Virus record (IMG/VR): IMGVR_UViG_3300013105_000022
Location: 64,001-128,000 of that record
DNA: 64,000 nt
Source: a virus
Lineage: Duplodnaviria; Caudoviricetes
Strand: one strand, 5' to 3'
The position numbers and the translations under genes were made by a program. Positions 26,006 to 36,000 of the stretch are shown one piece after another (position 1 is the first letter of the stretch; every line of letters begins with the position of its first letter). The notes beneath the pieces were generated by a model, which saw only the letters and a program-made list of their open reading frames with translations, was not told the origin of the DNA and did no database searches.

Positions 26006-27034
26006 GTGCCTGATATTTCACTCTTCCAGCCAACGGTGCTGATGGGTGTCGTTGAGAAGTTCACGGCACCTGAGAATCTTACAATGCTCAACCGCATTGA
26101 CAAGACTCCGCACCCGTTCCCGACTGCACAGTGGGACGTTATCCGTGGTTCGCGCGCTATTGCTCGCCCGAACGTTCCGAACTCTGAAGCCCACATCGTA
26201 CCTCGCCTCGGTCGCGAGCAGATGGCCGCTAGCTTCATCTACCTTCGTGAGAAGAAGGTATTCGAGCCGACGACTCTGTACTGGCTACGTACCCCTGGTG
26301 AAATCGCCAAGGTAAACGCCGAGCGTGCAGTTCTCCGTGAAATCACGGACCTGAACCGTCGTTTCGACAACTTCGCTGAGTACGCCATTTGGCAGATGTT
26401 CACGGGTCAGTTCAACCTTCCCGAGGACGGCGATGCTCCTGCTATCAACGTTGACTACAAGCTCCCAGCTTCGCACAAGGTCAACGCCGGTACTTCTTGG
26501 GCAACCGCTACTCCGAAGCAGATCATCGCTGATGTTCGCGCTTGGAAGCGTCTCGTCAACCGTGACGGTCAGGTAGTTGCTAACGAGGCTTACGCTTCCG
26601 AGAACTCCATCACCGCCATCTTCGACTCCTTCGCTTCGGCTGGTACCACTCCCGCGTACCTCCTGTCCGACCGCATGAAGGACCAGTACTACCGTGAGGG
26701 TCTGCTTCCAGGCTTCCTCGGTATCAACTGGAAGATTCAGGATGCCGTCTTCGACGCCACGGGTGCCTCGTACACCGAGAACCCGACCGATCCTGGTGCA
26801 GAGAAGCCGTTCCTGGCCGACAACCGCATCATCTTCGGTAACTTCACCGAGGGTCGTCCGTTCGAGATGATCGTTGGACCGACCGCTGACCTTGAGGCTC
26901 CTCAGGGCTACACGGGCAAGTTCGCCAAGACCTGGCAGGACAAGGACCCGTCCGGTCGTCAGTACCTCCTAGAGTGGAACTTCCTGCCGGTTCTGAACCG
27001 TCCTGAGCAGTTCGTTTACGCCAACGTCGCGTAA
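26006..27034 (+). CDS. major capsid protein (lambda gpE-like)
   Basis: 342 aa after the decoration gene; strong RBS; C-terminal DPSG..LPVL; terminator follows. Confidence 0.9.
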   Translation: MPDISLFQPTVLMGVVEKFTAPENLTMLNRIDKTPHPFPTAQWDVIRGSRAIARPNVPNSEAHIVPRLGREQMAASFIYLREKKVFEPTTLYWLRTPGEIAKVNAERAVLREITDLNRRFDNFAEYAIWQMFTGQFNLPEDGDAPAINVDYKLPASHKVNAGTSWATATPKQIIADVRAWKRLVNRDGQVVANEAYASENSITAIFDSFASAGTTPAYLLSDRMKDQYYREGLLPGFLGINWKIQDAVFDATGASYTENPTDPGAEKPFLADNRIIFGNFTEGRPFEMIVGPTADLEAPQGYTGKFAKTWQDKDPSGRQYLLEWNFLPVLNRPEQFVYANVA

Positions 27035-27047
27035 GCTCTAACAGGCT

Positions 27048-27078
27048 AGCCCCCATCTTCGGGTGGGGGCTTTTCTGT
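27048..27078 (+). terminator. rho-independent terminator
   Basis: AGCCCCCATC-TTCG-GGTGGGGGCT followed by a T-rich tail. Confidence 0.9.
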
Positions 27079-27119
27079 TCCCTTTTGCGGTAAGATAGAA
27101 GTTCCGAAGCTCCTCTGGA

Positions 27120-27128
27120 GCGATAGTA
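27120..27128 (+). promoter_or_regulatory. late promoter motif
   Basis: GCGATAGTA directly after the terminator. Confidence 0.8.
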
Positions 27129-27149
27129 GATAGAGACCCAGGAGTCCTA

Positions 27150-27833
27150 ATGCCCCGAACAGCAAACACCACACCTAAGACCACAGCGGCAAAGAAGCCA
27201 GCCGCATCTAAGGTCGTCACCGACCCCAAGGAAGTTCTCGATGGCGGACCCAGCGCTCCTGCCGTAGGAGATGACGACCAGGAGCAGACGACCGAAGAGC
27301 ACGACAACGGTCAGAACGACAGCGCTCCTACCATCGAGCAGATCGAGCTAGAAGAGCTTCGTGCACAGCTAGCCGAGTACAAGGCCCGTGAAGAGGCAGA
27401 GGCCGCTCAGGGCCGCGCTCAGGCTACCCACTACGAGCCTGTGGATGAGTCCACCCTGTCTCCGGAGCAACTTCAGATTCGCTCCCTCCAGGACCAGCTT
27501 GCAAAGGCCAAGGGCAAGGAAATCGACAAGGCTGAAGAGGTCTACGAGGAGAACGTCGAAGGCGGCATTCTCGTGCACTTCCTAGAAGATGGACTGTCCT
27601 CCAACGGACGCAACTTCTACCGTGGCCAGGAGGTCACCTTTGGCCCTGAGGCCTATGAGGAGACTCTGGATCGATTCGGAGATTCCTGGATCAACATGAA
27701 CGACGATGAGCAGTACGCACGTTGGGGAGAGGTCAAGTTCCGTAAGGGACCGTGGCCGGGTCGTCGCACCTATGAGGAAGACGCCCTCAAGAACAAGTCC
27801 ATCTCCGAGCAGGCACCGCTCGTCCGTATCTAA
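27150..27833 (+). CDS. hypothetical head-region protein
   Basis: AGGAG RBS; low-complexity N-terminus and coiled coil. Confidence 0.75.
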   Translation: MPRTANTTPKTTAAKKPAASKVVTDPKEVLDGGPSAPAVGDDDQEQTTEEHDNGQNDSAPTIEQIELEELRAQLAEYKAREEAEAAQGRAQATHYEPVDESTLSPEQLQIRSLQDQLAKAKGKEIDKAEEVYEENVEGGILVHFLEDGLSSNGRNFYRGQEVTFGPEAYEETLDRFGDSWINMNDDEQYARWGEVKFRKGPWPGRRTYEEDALKNKSISEQAPLVRI

Positions 27834-27841
27834 GGAACCCA

Positions 27842-28378
27842 ATGGCCGCTTTTCCTGAATTTGACGTAGACGACCTTGCCGCTTTCTCCGGTAGGATCAC
27901 TTCGGAGTACACGAACACGGCCTACGTTCCGTCAGCTATCGCTCAGGCAACCCTTCTGTTCAAGCTGGGCACATGTCTGGGCGATAGCTGGCCAGATGAC
28001 CCTACACTCGCACAGCTAGCGCAGATGGCCATTCTGTCTATGGCAGAGGCTATCTACGCTGTACAGCCCTTCCAGACCGTTCTAGCGAACCCGTTCTCTT
28101 CTGAGACCATCGGTAGCTATTCCTACTCTAAGGTCTCTGGTGCCGTCATGGGAGGTCTCCCAACAGGCATTACGTGGTTCGACCTAGCCCTGTCTAAGCT
28201 GAGCGTGTGCGACCTCACTTCTGGAATCATGGGTGGAGGCATCGAGGTCTTCGAGTTCGATGGTGCATTCGGTCCCGGATACCTTGACGGCAACGTTCGT
28301 TTCCTCAGCCCTGTAGACCTAGATCGACACGAGCGTTGGATGCACGACCCGTCTGAAGGATACCCCTACTCTGCATAA
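27842..28378 (+). CDS. head-to-tail adaptor
   Basis: SETIGSYSYS motif and position. Confidence 0.75.
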   Translation: MAAFPEFDVDDLAAFSGRITSEYTNTAYVPSAIAQATLLFKLGTCLGDSWPDDPTLAQLAQMAILSMAEAIYAVQPFQTVLANPFSSETIGSYSYSKVSGAVMGGLPTGITWFDLALSKLSVCDLTSGIMGGGIEVFEFDGAFGPGYLDGNVRFLSPVDLDRHERWMHDPSEGYPYSA

Positions 28379-28452
28379 GCTTTAGGACCCCCGCGCAAGC
28401 GGGTCATTAGGAAGCCTTGGAGCTTATATCAGTAACAACAAGGAGATGGCGT

Positions 28453-28725
28453 ATGCCTGAAATTGAAATCGACAAGCCGACCATCTTCTCCCAGCCAGGT
28501 TGCGTGCAGTGTTCCGCTGTCAAGCGCAAGCTCAAGGAGAAGAACGTCGAATTCCAGGAAATTGACGCCTCACAGGTGCCAGAAGCATTTGCTCTAGTCA
28601 AGGATGAGTGGGGATACCAGCGTGTGCCGGTTACCTACTTCCAAGGAAAGCATTTCGGCGGATACAACCCGTCCGAGGTAGATGCTCTGGTTGAAAGCTA
28701 CCACTCCGTGTCGGTAGCCGCCTAA
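28453..28725 (+). CDS. nrdH: NrdH-like glutaredoxin
   Basis: CVQC, VPV, FGGYNP. Confidence 0.9.
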   Translation: MPEIEIDKPTIFSQPGCVQCSAVKRKLKEKNVEFQEIDASQVPEAFALVKDEWGYQRVPVTYFQGKHFGGYNPSEVDALVESYHSVSVAA

Positions 28726-28734
28726 GCGATAGTA
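28726..28734 (+). promoter_or_regulatory. late promoter motif
   Basis: GCGATAGTA followed by an AGGAG RBS. Confidence 0.8.
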
Positions 28735-28751
28735 GTAGCGAGGAGCTAATC

Positions 28752-29138
28752 ATGGATCATCTATTCGCAAGCGTAGTGAAGGTACAACGCCTTACTCGTA
28801 CGCGCACCGATGGAGTGACCAAGATGGAATGGCTGGATCAGCCTGCTCCTCTCAACGCTATCAGGTGTCGCCTGGATTTGAACTTCCTTCGCCCTGGTAA
28901 GGACGTACCTCCGGCCTATGAAGCCGGAACCGCTCCTGACCGCGTAGGAGTCATGTTCTGTCGCGCAAACAACGCCCTCAGGGCCGGGGATCGCATTGTG
29001 ACGGTCTCCGGTCCTGTGAGCGGCGTATTCGATCTGAAGGTCATCCCCGACATCGCTGTTGACTTCTCCAGCGCTCACCACATTGAAGTACAGGTCATCG
29101 AGTCCGTTCAGAACCTGGATGGGAAGTGGCCGGAGTGA
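28752..29138 (+). CDS. head-to-tail stopper
   Basis: LRAGDRIV, HHIEV; synteny. Confidence 0.7.
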   Translation: MDHLFASVVKVQRLTRTRTDGVTKMEWLDQPAPLNAIRCRLDLNFLRPGKDVPPAYEAGTAPDRVGVMFCRANNALRAGDRIVTVSGPVSGVFDLKVIPDIAVDFSSAHHIEVQVIESVQNLDGKWPE

Positions 29139-29497
29139 CCATTCAGATCAAGTCGAACTGGAGAGCAGTCGAGCGTGAGCTTGACCGTCTAGAGCACTCT
29201 CCTGAAATCGCCGCAGTGTATCTGGATGCTGTACTGAATACCGGCTTCAAGGCCACCCAAGGTGCCGTCCACATCCTTACCGGATCGCTCAAATCGTCTG
29301 GTAAGAAGTCCTCCTCATTCGATGGTGACACCTGGACGGGAGAAATCGTCTACGGTGGTGTCAGCCTGGGAGTGAACAACCCTGTAACATACGCCATCTA
29401 CGAAAAGGCAAGAGATGGCGACCACGACTTCTTTACGCCTCTGAAGGCGCTAGACTCGATGTATGTAAGAGCAATCCTGAAGGCCCTAAGCAAATGA
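29135..29497 (+). CDS. HK97 gp10-like neck protein
   Basis: HILTGSLKSS...YAIYE. Confidence 0.7.
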   Translation: MTIQIKSNWRAVERELDRLEHSPEIAAVYLDAVLNTGFKATQGAVHILTGSLKSSGKKSSSFDGDTWTGEIVYGGVSLGVNNPVTYAIYEKARDGDHDFFTPLKALDSMYVRAILKALSK

Positions 29498-29994
29498 CTC
29501 AACTCGCCTACGCCGCGCGCAATCTGCTTGCACAGTTCCCATCTGTGACAAGCCTACTTGGCGTGGACGAGCTAGATGATCCGATGCTGTACCCGAACCG
29601 CCCTGAGGCTACAGTGGAGAACACCGGCAAGTGCCTGGTGGTCATCCGTGTCGATGGTGGATGGGGAGCTAACCAACACAACACCGCCCGCTTCCCTACT
29701 CTTGTCGTAGACATCTGGGCGGACCCTACTCGCAACTCCGATGGCTCTGTACAGATGCAGGACGCCTCCCTCAAGGCTGAGGCAGTGTTCAAGGCCATCG
29801 ACAAGATTCTGCATCAGGTGAACAACTCCCTTCCAGGTGGCGGTGCCATCTACTGGGGAACTCTCACGCAGATCACGAACAAGACCGGAGTCAGGATCAC
29901 ATCCTCCTCCCGCACAAACGATCCGGACGAACGACCAGCCTTTGACGACCAAGGAGCCGTCATCTGGCAAGTCCGATACAACGTATCGATCTGA
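29494..29994 (+). CDS. tail terminator
   Basis: Synteny; LVVDIWA. Confidence 0.65.
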   Translation: MTQLAYAARNLLAQFPSVTSLLGVDELDDPMLYPNRPEATVENTGKCLVVIRVDGGWGANQHNTARFPTLVVDIWADPTRNSDGSVQMQDASLKAEAVFKAIDKILHQVNNSLPGGGAIYWGTLTQITNKTGVRITSSSRTNDPDERPAFDDQGAVIWQVRYNVSI

Positions 29995-30022
29995 ACTAGA
30001 AAATGAAGCCCTGGAGGCTCTT

Positions 30023-31144
30023 GTGAAGGTACTACTCAACATCCCCCTATCGCCGTTCAGCGGCTACGGAAACGACGGCATTGGTCTAGCTCGTGCCTTC
30101 ATGCGCTGGGGCGCTGACGTGTACCTCCAGCCCTCTGTAGTGCAGTCTCCTCTCCCGGAGGACGTAGCTCATCTGCTCACGAAGAAGCTCGAAGCTCCCT
30201 TCGATCTGATTATCAACCACCACGACCCTGCCGCCCTGGTCTCCTCAGAGGAGCAGAAGCGTGCGGGCCATGTCGTCGTCGCATGGACAATGTGGGAGTA
30301 CTCCAACTTCGGCAACCTTCCGGGGCGCTCGAAGATGAAGAAGAATCTGAAGTACTTCGATGCTCTTGTAGGCTACGATCCTGTGTCCTCTGACTGTCTT
30401 CGTGAGTACTCCCGCAAGGGACAGCCGGTGCTCACCGTACAGGGAGGCTTCTGGCCGGAGGACTGGCCTAAGAGCGAGGAGCGTGACTGGTACAGCGAGC
30501 GCTTCGGATTCTGCATGGTGGGCCAGCTTCACATGCGCAAGGACCCGTTCGTGGCCATCCAGGCGTTCCAGGAACTGAAGAACGACCCCGACATTGAGTT
30601 CGAAGGTGCAGAGCTTCACCTGAAGACCAACCTGCCCGGACTACACAGTTCGATGGAACAGGTCATCCCCAAGCTTCGCATCCACTACGCTGTGTGGCAG
30701 AACGAACTCCTGTACAAGTTCTACGAGTCTCAGCACGTCCTCCTGGCACCTTCCCGTGGCGAGGGAAAGAACATGCCCGCCCTGGAGATGCAGGCCACTG
30801 GCGGTACAGTCATCGCGACGAACTGGGGAGGTCACCAACAGTGGCTCAACAAGGAGTACAACTACCCTCTGGACTACACGCTAGCTCCAGTAGACAGTGA
30901 CTCTCCGAACACCCTCAATGCACGTGCTGACATCGATCACCTGAAGGAACTCATGCTTGAGGCCTACCAGAACCGCGACGAGGCTCGACGCAAGGGTGAC
31001 CTCGCGGCACAGATCATTCCCAAGCTATCCTCTTGGGACTCCGTAGTAGAGCGTCTTCTGCTACAACTCAAGGACTCCACTGAGAATGGGGAGCGACTAT
31101 GGGCGGCGGCTCAGGCATGCCGTAAGGGAAGGCCAGAACTATGA
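30023..31144 (+). CDS. GT4-like (GT-B) glycosyltransferase inside the neck/tail module
   Basis: SGYG, RKD, PSRGEGKNMPALEMQATG (E-x7-E). Start moved to GTG 30023 behind GGAGG. Confidence 0.9.
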   Translation: MKVLLNIPLSPFSGYGNDGIGLARAFMRWGADVYLQPSVVQSPLPEDVAHLLTKKLEAPFDLIINHHDPAALVSSEEQKRAGHVVVAWTMWEYSNFGNLPGRSKMKKNLKYFDALVGYDPVSSDCLREYSRKGQPVLTVQGGFWPEDWPKSEERDWYSERFGFCMVGQLHMRKDPFVAIQAFQELKNDPDIEFEGAELHLKTNLPGLHSSMEQVIPKLRIHYAVWQNELLYKFYESQHVLLAPSRGEGKNMPALEMQATGGTVIATNWGGHQQWLNKEYNYPLDYTLAPVDSDSPNTLNARADIDHLKELMLEAYQNRDEARRKGDLAAQIIPKLSSWDSVVERLLLQLKDSTENGERLWAAAQACRKGRPEL

Positions 31145-31365
31145 CCTCAAGATCAATCGAAGTCAGGTGCCCATACGGCCCCCAAAGGCTTTTTATGAAA
31201 TTGAAGCTTGCCGGTGAATCCCCCACAATCACGGACGACAACTACATGGAATTCTCCTGCTCTGACTGCAAGAGAAACCTCCGTCGTCAGGGGTTCGAAG
31301 TGGATAGGGTCATTCACCAATACGACTTCCTAGGCAATTGGGTAGACACCTTCTTGGAGTACTGA
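31141..31365 (+). CDS. small Cys-containing protein
   Basis: EVRCP...CSDC. Confidence 0.6.
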   Translation: MTSRSIEVRCPYGPQRLFMKLKLAGESPTITDDNYMEFSCSDCKRNLRRQGFEVDRVIHQYDFLGNWVDTFLEY

Positions 31366-31384
31366 CCATAGGTTCGTACAACGC

Positions 31385-31422
31385 GCGATAGTAGTAGCTA
31401 GAGTAATCCCACTCTAGCTACT
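31385..31422 (+). promoter_or_regulatory. late promoter motif overlapping a 12-bp hairpin
   Basis: GCGATAGTA 31385-93; AGTAGCTAGAGT/ACTCTAGCTACT. Confidence 0.75.
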
Positions 31423-31442
31423 TCTATTTCTAGGAGGCCCAA

Positions 31443-32024
31443 GTGGCAACCCCAATCGTTGAAGGTTTCAGCCTTTCACACGCCGCGATTCTGGACGGTA
31501 CCACAGGTGCCGAGGCAGTAAACGGTGACATTTACGGTATCCGTTCCGGTTCCATTGAACTGGACACGGACTCGTACGACAACACTGGAGACGACGCTGT
31601 TCTCTCCACGTGGTACTGGTTCAACAAGGCTACGCTAACCGTTCAGTCTGGTTACGTTCCTTTCAACACCATTGCCCTTCTGTCCGGTTCTAAGGTTACC
31701 TCTTCGGGTGCCGCACCGAACGACTTCTACACCCTTCCTCTGTGGGAAGAGCGTCAGCAGAACACGACTCCGCGTCCTGTTCTGATTCGCGTTCCTTCCA
31801 AGGACAAGGACGGTGTTATCCGTACCCTGGACTTCGTTCTCTACAAGGTACAGTTCCAGCCGATTTCGTTCGACGGTCCTACCTACAAGGACGGCCTCCT
31901 ACTGAACTACACGGGTACCGCTCTTATGTCCGACAAGGACGAAAAGGGTAACCCTGTTCTGGACTCGCAGACCGGTCTTCCGACCAGGGCAATTGGACGA
32001 CTGGTAAGCCGTCCTCAGGTCTAA
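31443..32024 (+). CDS. major tail protein
   Basis: 193 aa before the chaperones; AGGAGG RBS. Confidence 0.85.
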   Translation: MATPIVEGFSLSHAAILDGTTGAEAVNGDIYGIRSGSIELDTDSYDNTGDDAVLSTWYWFNKATLTVQSGYVPFNTIALLSGSKVTSSGAAPNDFYTLPLWEERQQNTTPRPVLIRVPSKDKDGVIRTLDFVLYKVQFQPISFDGPTYKDGLLLNYTGTALMSDKDEKGNPVLDSQTGLPTRAIGRLVSRPQV

Positions 32025-32074
32025 GTCTGATAAGCTAGATACAACTTCAAATTAGTCTGATCCCTGGAGGACAA

Positions 32075-32572
32075 ATGACAACCGAGTCCAACGACGTTGA
32101 GGCTCTAGCGCCAAGCTCCGATACTCTTACCCTAGAGTCGGGGCTTGTCGTACGTGTAGAGCGACTTCGCACCCGAGGCATGTTCAAGCTCCTGAAGGTC
32201 GTCACCCGTGGTGGTGGACCGATCCTAATGCAGATTGACCTTGACTTCGAGAATACCGAAGCCTTCGTACAGCAGTTCCTTGCAGTAGTCATGATGGCTG
32301 TTCCGGAAGCGGAGCAGGAAGCCGTCGAGTTCATCCAGTCTATGGTGACTCCCGCTGACTACGACGAGAACGCTAAGACCAAGGCGGCTCATCAGAAGAA
32401 CCAGGAACTCATCGATAGGCTTGTTGCCGAACTCGATGACCCTGCCATTGGTGACACGCTTGAAATCATCATGAAGATCGTTCAGAACGAGGCTTCAGAC
32501 ATTGCGGCACTGGGAAAACGCCTAGCGGCGACGTTGAAGATTCAGACGGCTTCACTGGAAGCCAAGAACTGA
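32075..32572 (+). CDS. tail assembly chaperone (G)
   Basis: Synteny; slippery site near the 3' end. Confidence 0.85.
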   Translation: MTTESNDVEALAPSSDTLTLESGLVVRVERLRTRGMFKLLKVVTRGGGPILMQIDLDFENTEAFVQQFLAVVMMAVPEAEQEAVEFIQSMVTPADYDENAKTKAAHQKNQELIDRLVAELDDPAIGDTLEIIMKIVQNEASDIAALGKRLAATLKIQTASLEAKN

Positions 32573-33057
32573 TTCTCAGTGAGGTCCAGGAAATTGATCC
32601 GGACGGTCTCCTAGGAGGCTATAGCATCTCATTCGATCTAGTGTCGAAAGAGTATGGCTGGACAGACGATCAAATCCTGGACCTCACCGTACGCCGCTTC
32701 AGACAGATTGTTGCCGCTATTCGCAGGCGACAGCTTTTTGAGCGCCGCGAGCGCATCACGTTGAATTCGTGGATGACTCGCCAGCTAGCCACGTTCATTG
32801 CCGGTGGGTACATGGTCGATGGTAAGCACGGTAACCCCGCCCTGGATCAAGCACGCAATCTCGCCTTTGACGATATTGAAAAGCTCCAGCTAGAGGAATC
32901 CGACCTCCGCAACAACCGTGGCGGAAACCTTATCTATGGTAAGGACGAACACGGTAGGGAAGTTGTCACGGAGATTGTCACCGACCTCTCCAATGTCAAG
33001 TCCGATGCATCCGTTATGGCCGCGTTTGGTGATCCTAGTAAGTGGCGTGCGCGATAG
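32512..33057 (+). CDS. -1 frameshift extension of the tail chaperone (GT)
   Basis: GGGAAAA at 32512-32518; the -1 frame is open to 33057. Confidence 0.85.
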   Translation, partial: GKTPSGDVEDSDGFTGSQELILSEVQEIDPDGLLGGYSISFDLVSKEYGWTDDQILDLTVRRFRQIVAAIRRRQLFERRERITLNSWMTRQLATFIAGGYMVDGKHGNPALDQARNLAFDDIEKLQLEESDLRNNRGGNLIYGKDEHGREVVTEIVTDLSNVKSDASVMAAFGDPSKWRAR

Positions 33058-33059
33058 TA
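33051..33059 (+). promoter_or_regulatory. late promoter motif
   Basis: GCGATAGTA before the tape measure RBS. Confidence 0.8.
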
Positions 33060-33086
33060 GATAATACGGGAGCCTGAGGAGGCGAG

Positions 33087-36000
33087 ATGGCGGAGGCAAA
33101 CGAGACCAGAGCCTTTTACAAGGTTGTCTCAGACTTCAACAACCTCCGACGCGACCTCACACGCACCCGTCAGGAACTAGCCAAGACTCAGGCCGCTGAA
33201 AAGGCATTCAACGCCGCCTCTGTCAAGGATCGCGCCGCCTCTACTAAGGCCGCGACTACTCGCGCCAAGGCACTGGCATCTGAGAACGTCAGCCTCAAGG
33301 CAGTACTCTCCAACCTCACGAAGTACCGTGAGCGTCAGCGCTCCCTACTGGCCCCGGTTGTCGCGGCAACCAAGGCTATCAACGCGCAGAACCGCGCACT
33401 GAAGTCCAACGCTACGAATCTCTCAGCGGCGGCTATCGCGGCAAAGGCATACGCCGATGCACAGAAGTCAATCAGCCGCTCTACGGGCGTGTCTTCTGAT
33501 GCTCTTCGCACTCAGAAGGAGTTCGCTAAGGCTCAGCGTAAGGTCAAGTTCGACACGGACGACACTACCGAGTCGATCAAGAAGCAGAACGTCGCTATCG
33601 ATGCGGCACACAAGCTTCGCAACCGATTCAAGGGCACAGGAAAGCTCGACAACTTCCTAGACTCTCGCTCCCTGGTACGCTTCCGCGAAGAGGGCAACAA
33701 GCTCGCTCCGGTCTTCCGTCAGATCGAGATGGGTGGTAAGAGGGCTTTCGATAGCCTTCAGAAGTTCGGTAACTGGCGTCCACGTCTGGTACCGCCATTC
33801 GTCGCGCTCATCCCGATCATCGGTGCCGTTATCGCGGCTCTGAACCCTCTCGTATCCCTCCTGGGTGCTGTGGGTGGAGCCGCTATCGGTCTCTCTGGGC
33901 AGATCGGATCGCTCGCAGGTGCCTTCCTAGCTCTCCCAGGTATCCTTAGCGCAGTAGCCGCCGGTATCGGTGGTGTCATCGCTTCTATGGGTGGTGTCGG
34001 TAACGTCTTCAAGACGTACGGCGCTATGCAGAAGGCTCTGGGTAAGAGTCCTGGTAGCGGAGGCGGTCAGACTCAGGAAGAGCGAGCAGAGGCTCTAGCC
34101 GATGCAGAGCGCAACCTGGCCAAGGCACAGCGCAACGTACAGAAGGCTCAGGAGAACCTAAACAAGGCCCGCGAGGAGGCCCTGAAGGACCTGATTGACC
34201 TTCGTCAAGAGGTCGGACGCGCTTCGCTTACTGAAGAGCGCGCCATTGCCGACCTCCGACTGGCTCAGGAAGCCTACTGGAACGTAATGGCCGACCCTGG
34301 CTCTACGCTGGGTGACAAGCTCGACGCCGCCGCCAAGATCAAGGAAGCCGAGGCGGACCTTCAGGATGTTCGAAAGAAGAACATCAAGAATCAGAAGGAC
34401 CTTGTTGACGCCGAGAAGAAGGGCATCAACCAGTCCGATAAGGTACTGGATGCTCAGGAGAGCCTAGCTGATGCCTATGACGCACAGCGTAAGGCTCAGC
34501 GTGCCCTCAAGACGGAATCCGCCGGTGGTAGCTCTGCCGTACAGGCACTGAACGACTACAACGCCGCTCTGAATGAGCTTTCTCCCTCTGCTCGCAGGTT
34601 CGTGCTTGCCATCATTGGTATGCAGGACCAGTGGAAGGCATTCCGCAAGGACCTTCAGGAAGAATTCTTCGGTCGCTTCGTAGATGACCTAGACCTTCTT
34701 CCTCAGGCTCTACGTAACCTCTCTGCCTTCCTGAAGCCTGCCGTAGGAGCGATGGGTGACCTTGCCGGTGCCTTCCTCCGTATGTTCACGTCCCCCGAGT
34801 GGTCACGTGACATGGCCACCATTGGTGAGCAGAACGGTGATGTCATCCGAAACCTGGGAGACGCCGCACTGTCGCTCTCCACGGCTCTGAAGGACATCGT
34901 AATCGCCGCTGGTCCGTTCACGGATTGGCTGACGGGTAAGTTCGCTGAGGGTGCCGCCAACTTCTCTGACTTCGTAGCTGATGCTCGTGAGACGGGTTCC
35001 CTGGCCGGATGGCTTGACAACGTAGCTGACCGCCTTGAGCGTTGGTGGACGATTGTCAAGAACATCGGTAGGACTGTCTTCAACTTCTCCTCTGCCGCTT
35101 CCGAGTTCGGTGACTGGATCACTGACGGTCTTCTAGAAATGACCGAGAACTGGGTCAAGTTCAGCGAAGAGCAGACCAAGCCTAACTCGCCGTTCAAGAA
35201 GTGGCTAGAGGACATCAAGCCTCTTCTCCAGGCTGTCGATGACCTACTCGGTGCTTTCTTCTCGTGGTTCGCGGAAGAGGCCGCAGACCCGGAGAATATC
35301 CAGTCTGCTATCGACCTTCTGAAGATTCTGACGGATGACGTAGGCCCTGCCCTAGCGCGCCTGATGGACACTCTGGCAGATACAGACATCGATGAGGCCT
35401 TCCTGAAGGCTCTGACTTCGATCATCGAGTCCATCGACACCATCATGGAGAACGGCGGTAGCGCCGCTTTCGAGACCTTCTTCGACATCGTAACGGGATT
35501 CTTCGAAGGTGTGGCTGAGTTCACATCTCAGATTCCGAAGCCTGTTCTTGAGGGTCTACTTAGCCTGCTCGGATTCCTTGCCGGTGTGACCTTCGTCGGT
35601 AAGTTCACGGGTCTGACGAGCCTCCTAGGTGCAATCCTTGGATTCTCCGGAAAGACGACACTCTTCGCCGCCATCTCCACGATGGTGAAGGACTTCGGCA
35701 AGCTCGATAAGATGAAGTTCAGCGCCCTTCTGGGTAAGGCCGGACTTCTTGCGGGTATTGCATCTCTCATCGTCGTAACCTGGAACCAGAACCAAAACAC
35801 ACAGCCTTTCCAGGACTCTCTCGGTAACGCTCTTACGGACCCAACCAAGGAAAACGTCAAGAATGCCCGTGACGAGGGTATCAAGGACGGAAACGGACTT
35901 AAGTGGCTTACCGGTCCAACTAGCCCACTGAACATTCTCACGGGTGGTCAGAGCCTAGTGAACCTGGGTGCCATCAGTGAGATTCTGCACTTCATTGACG

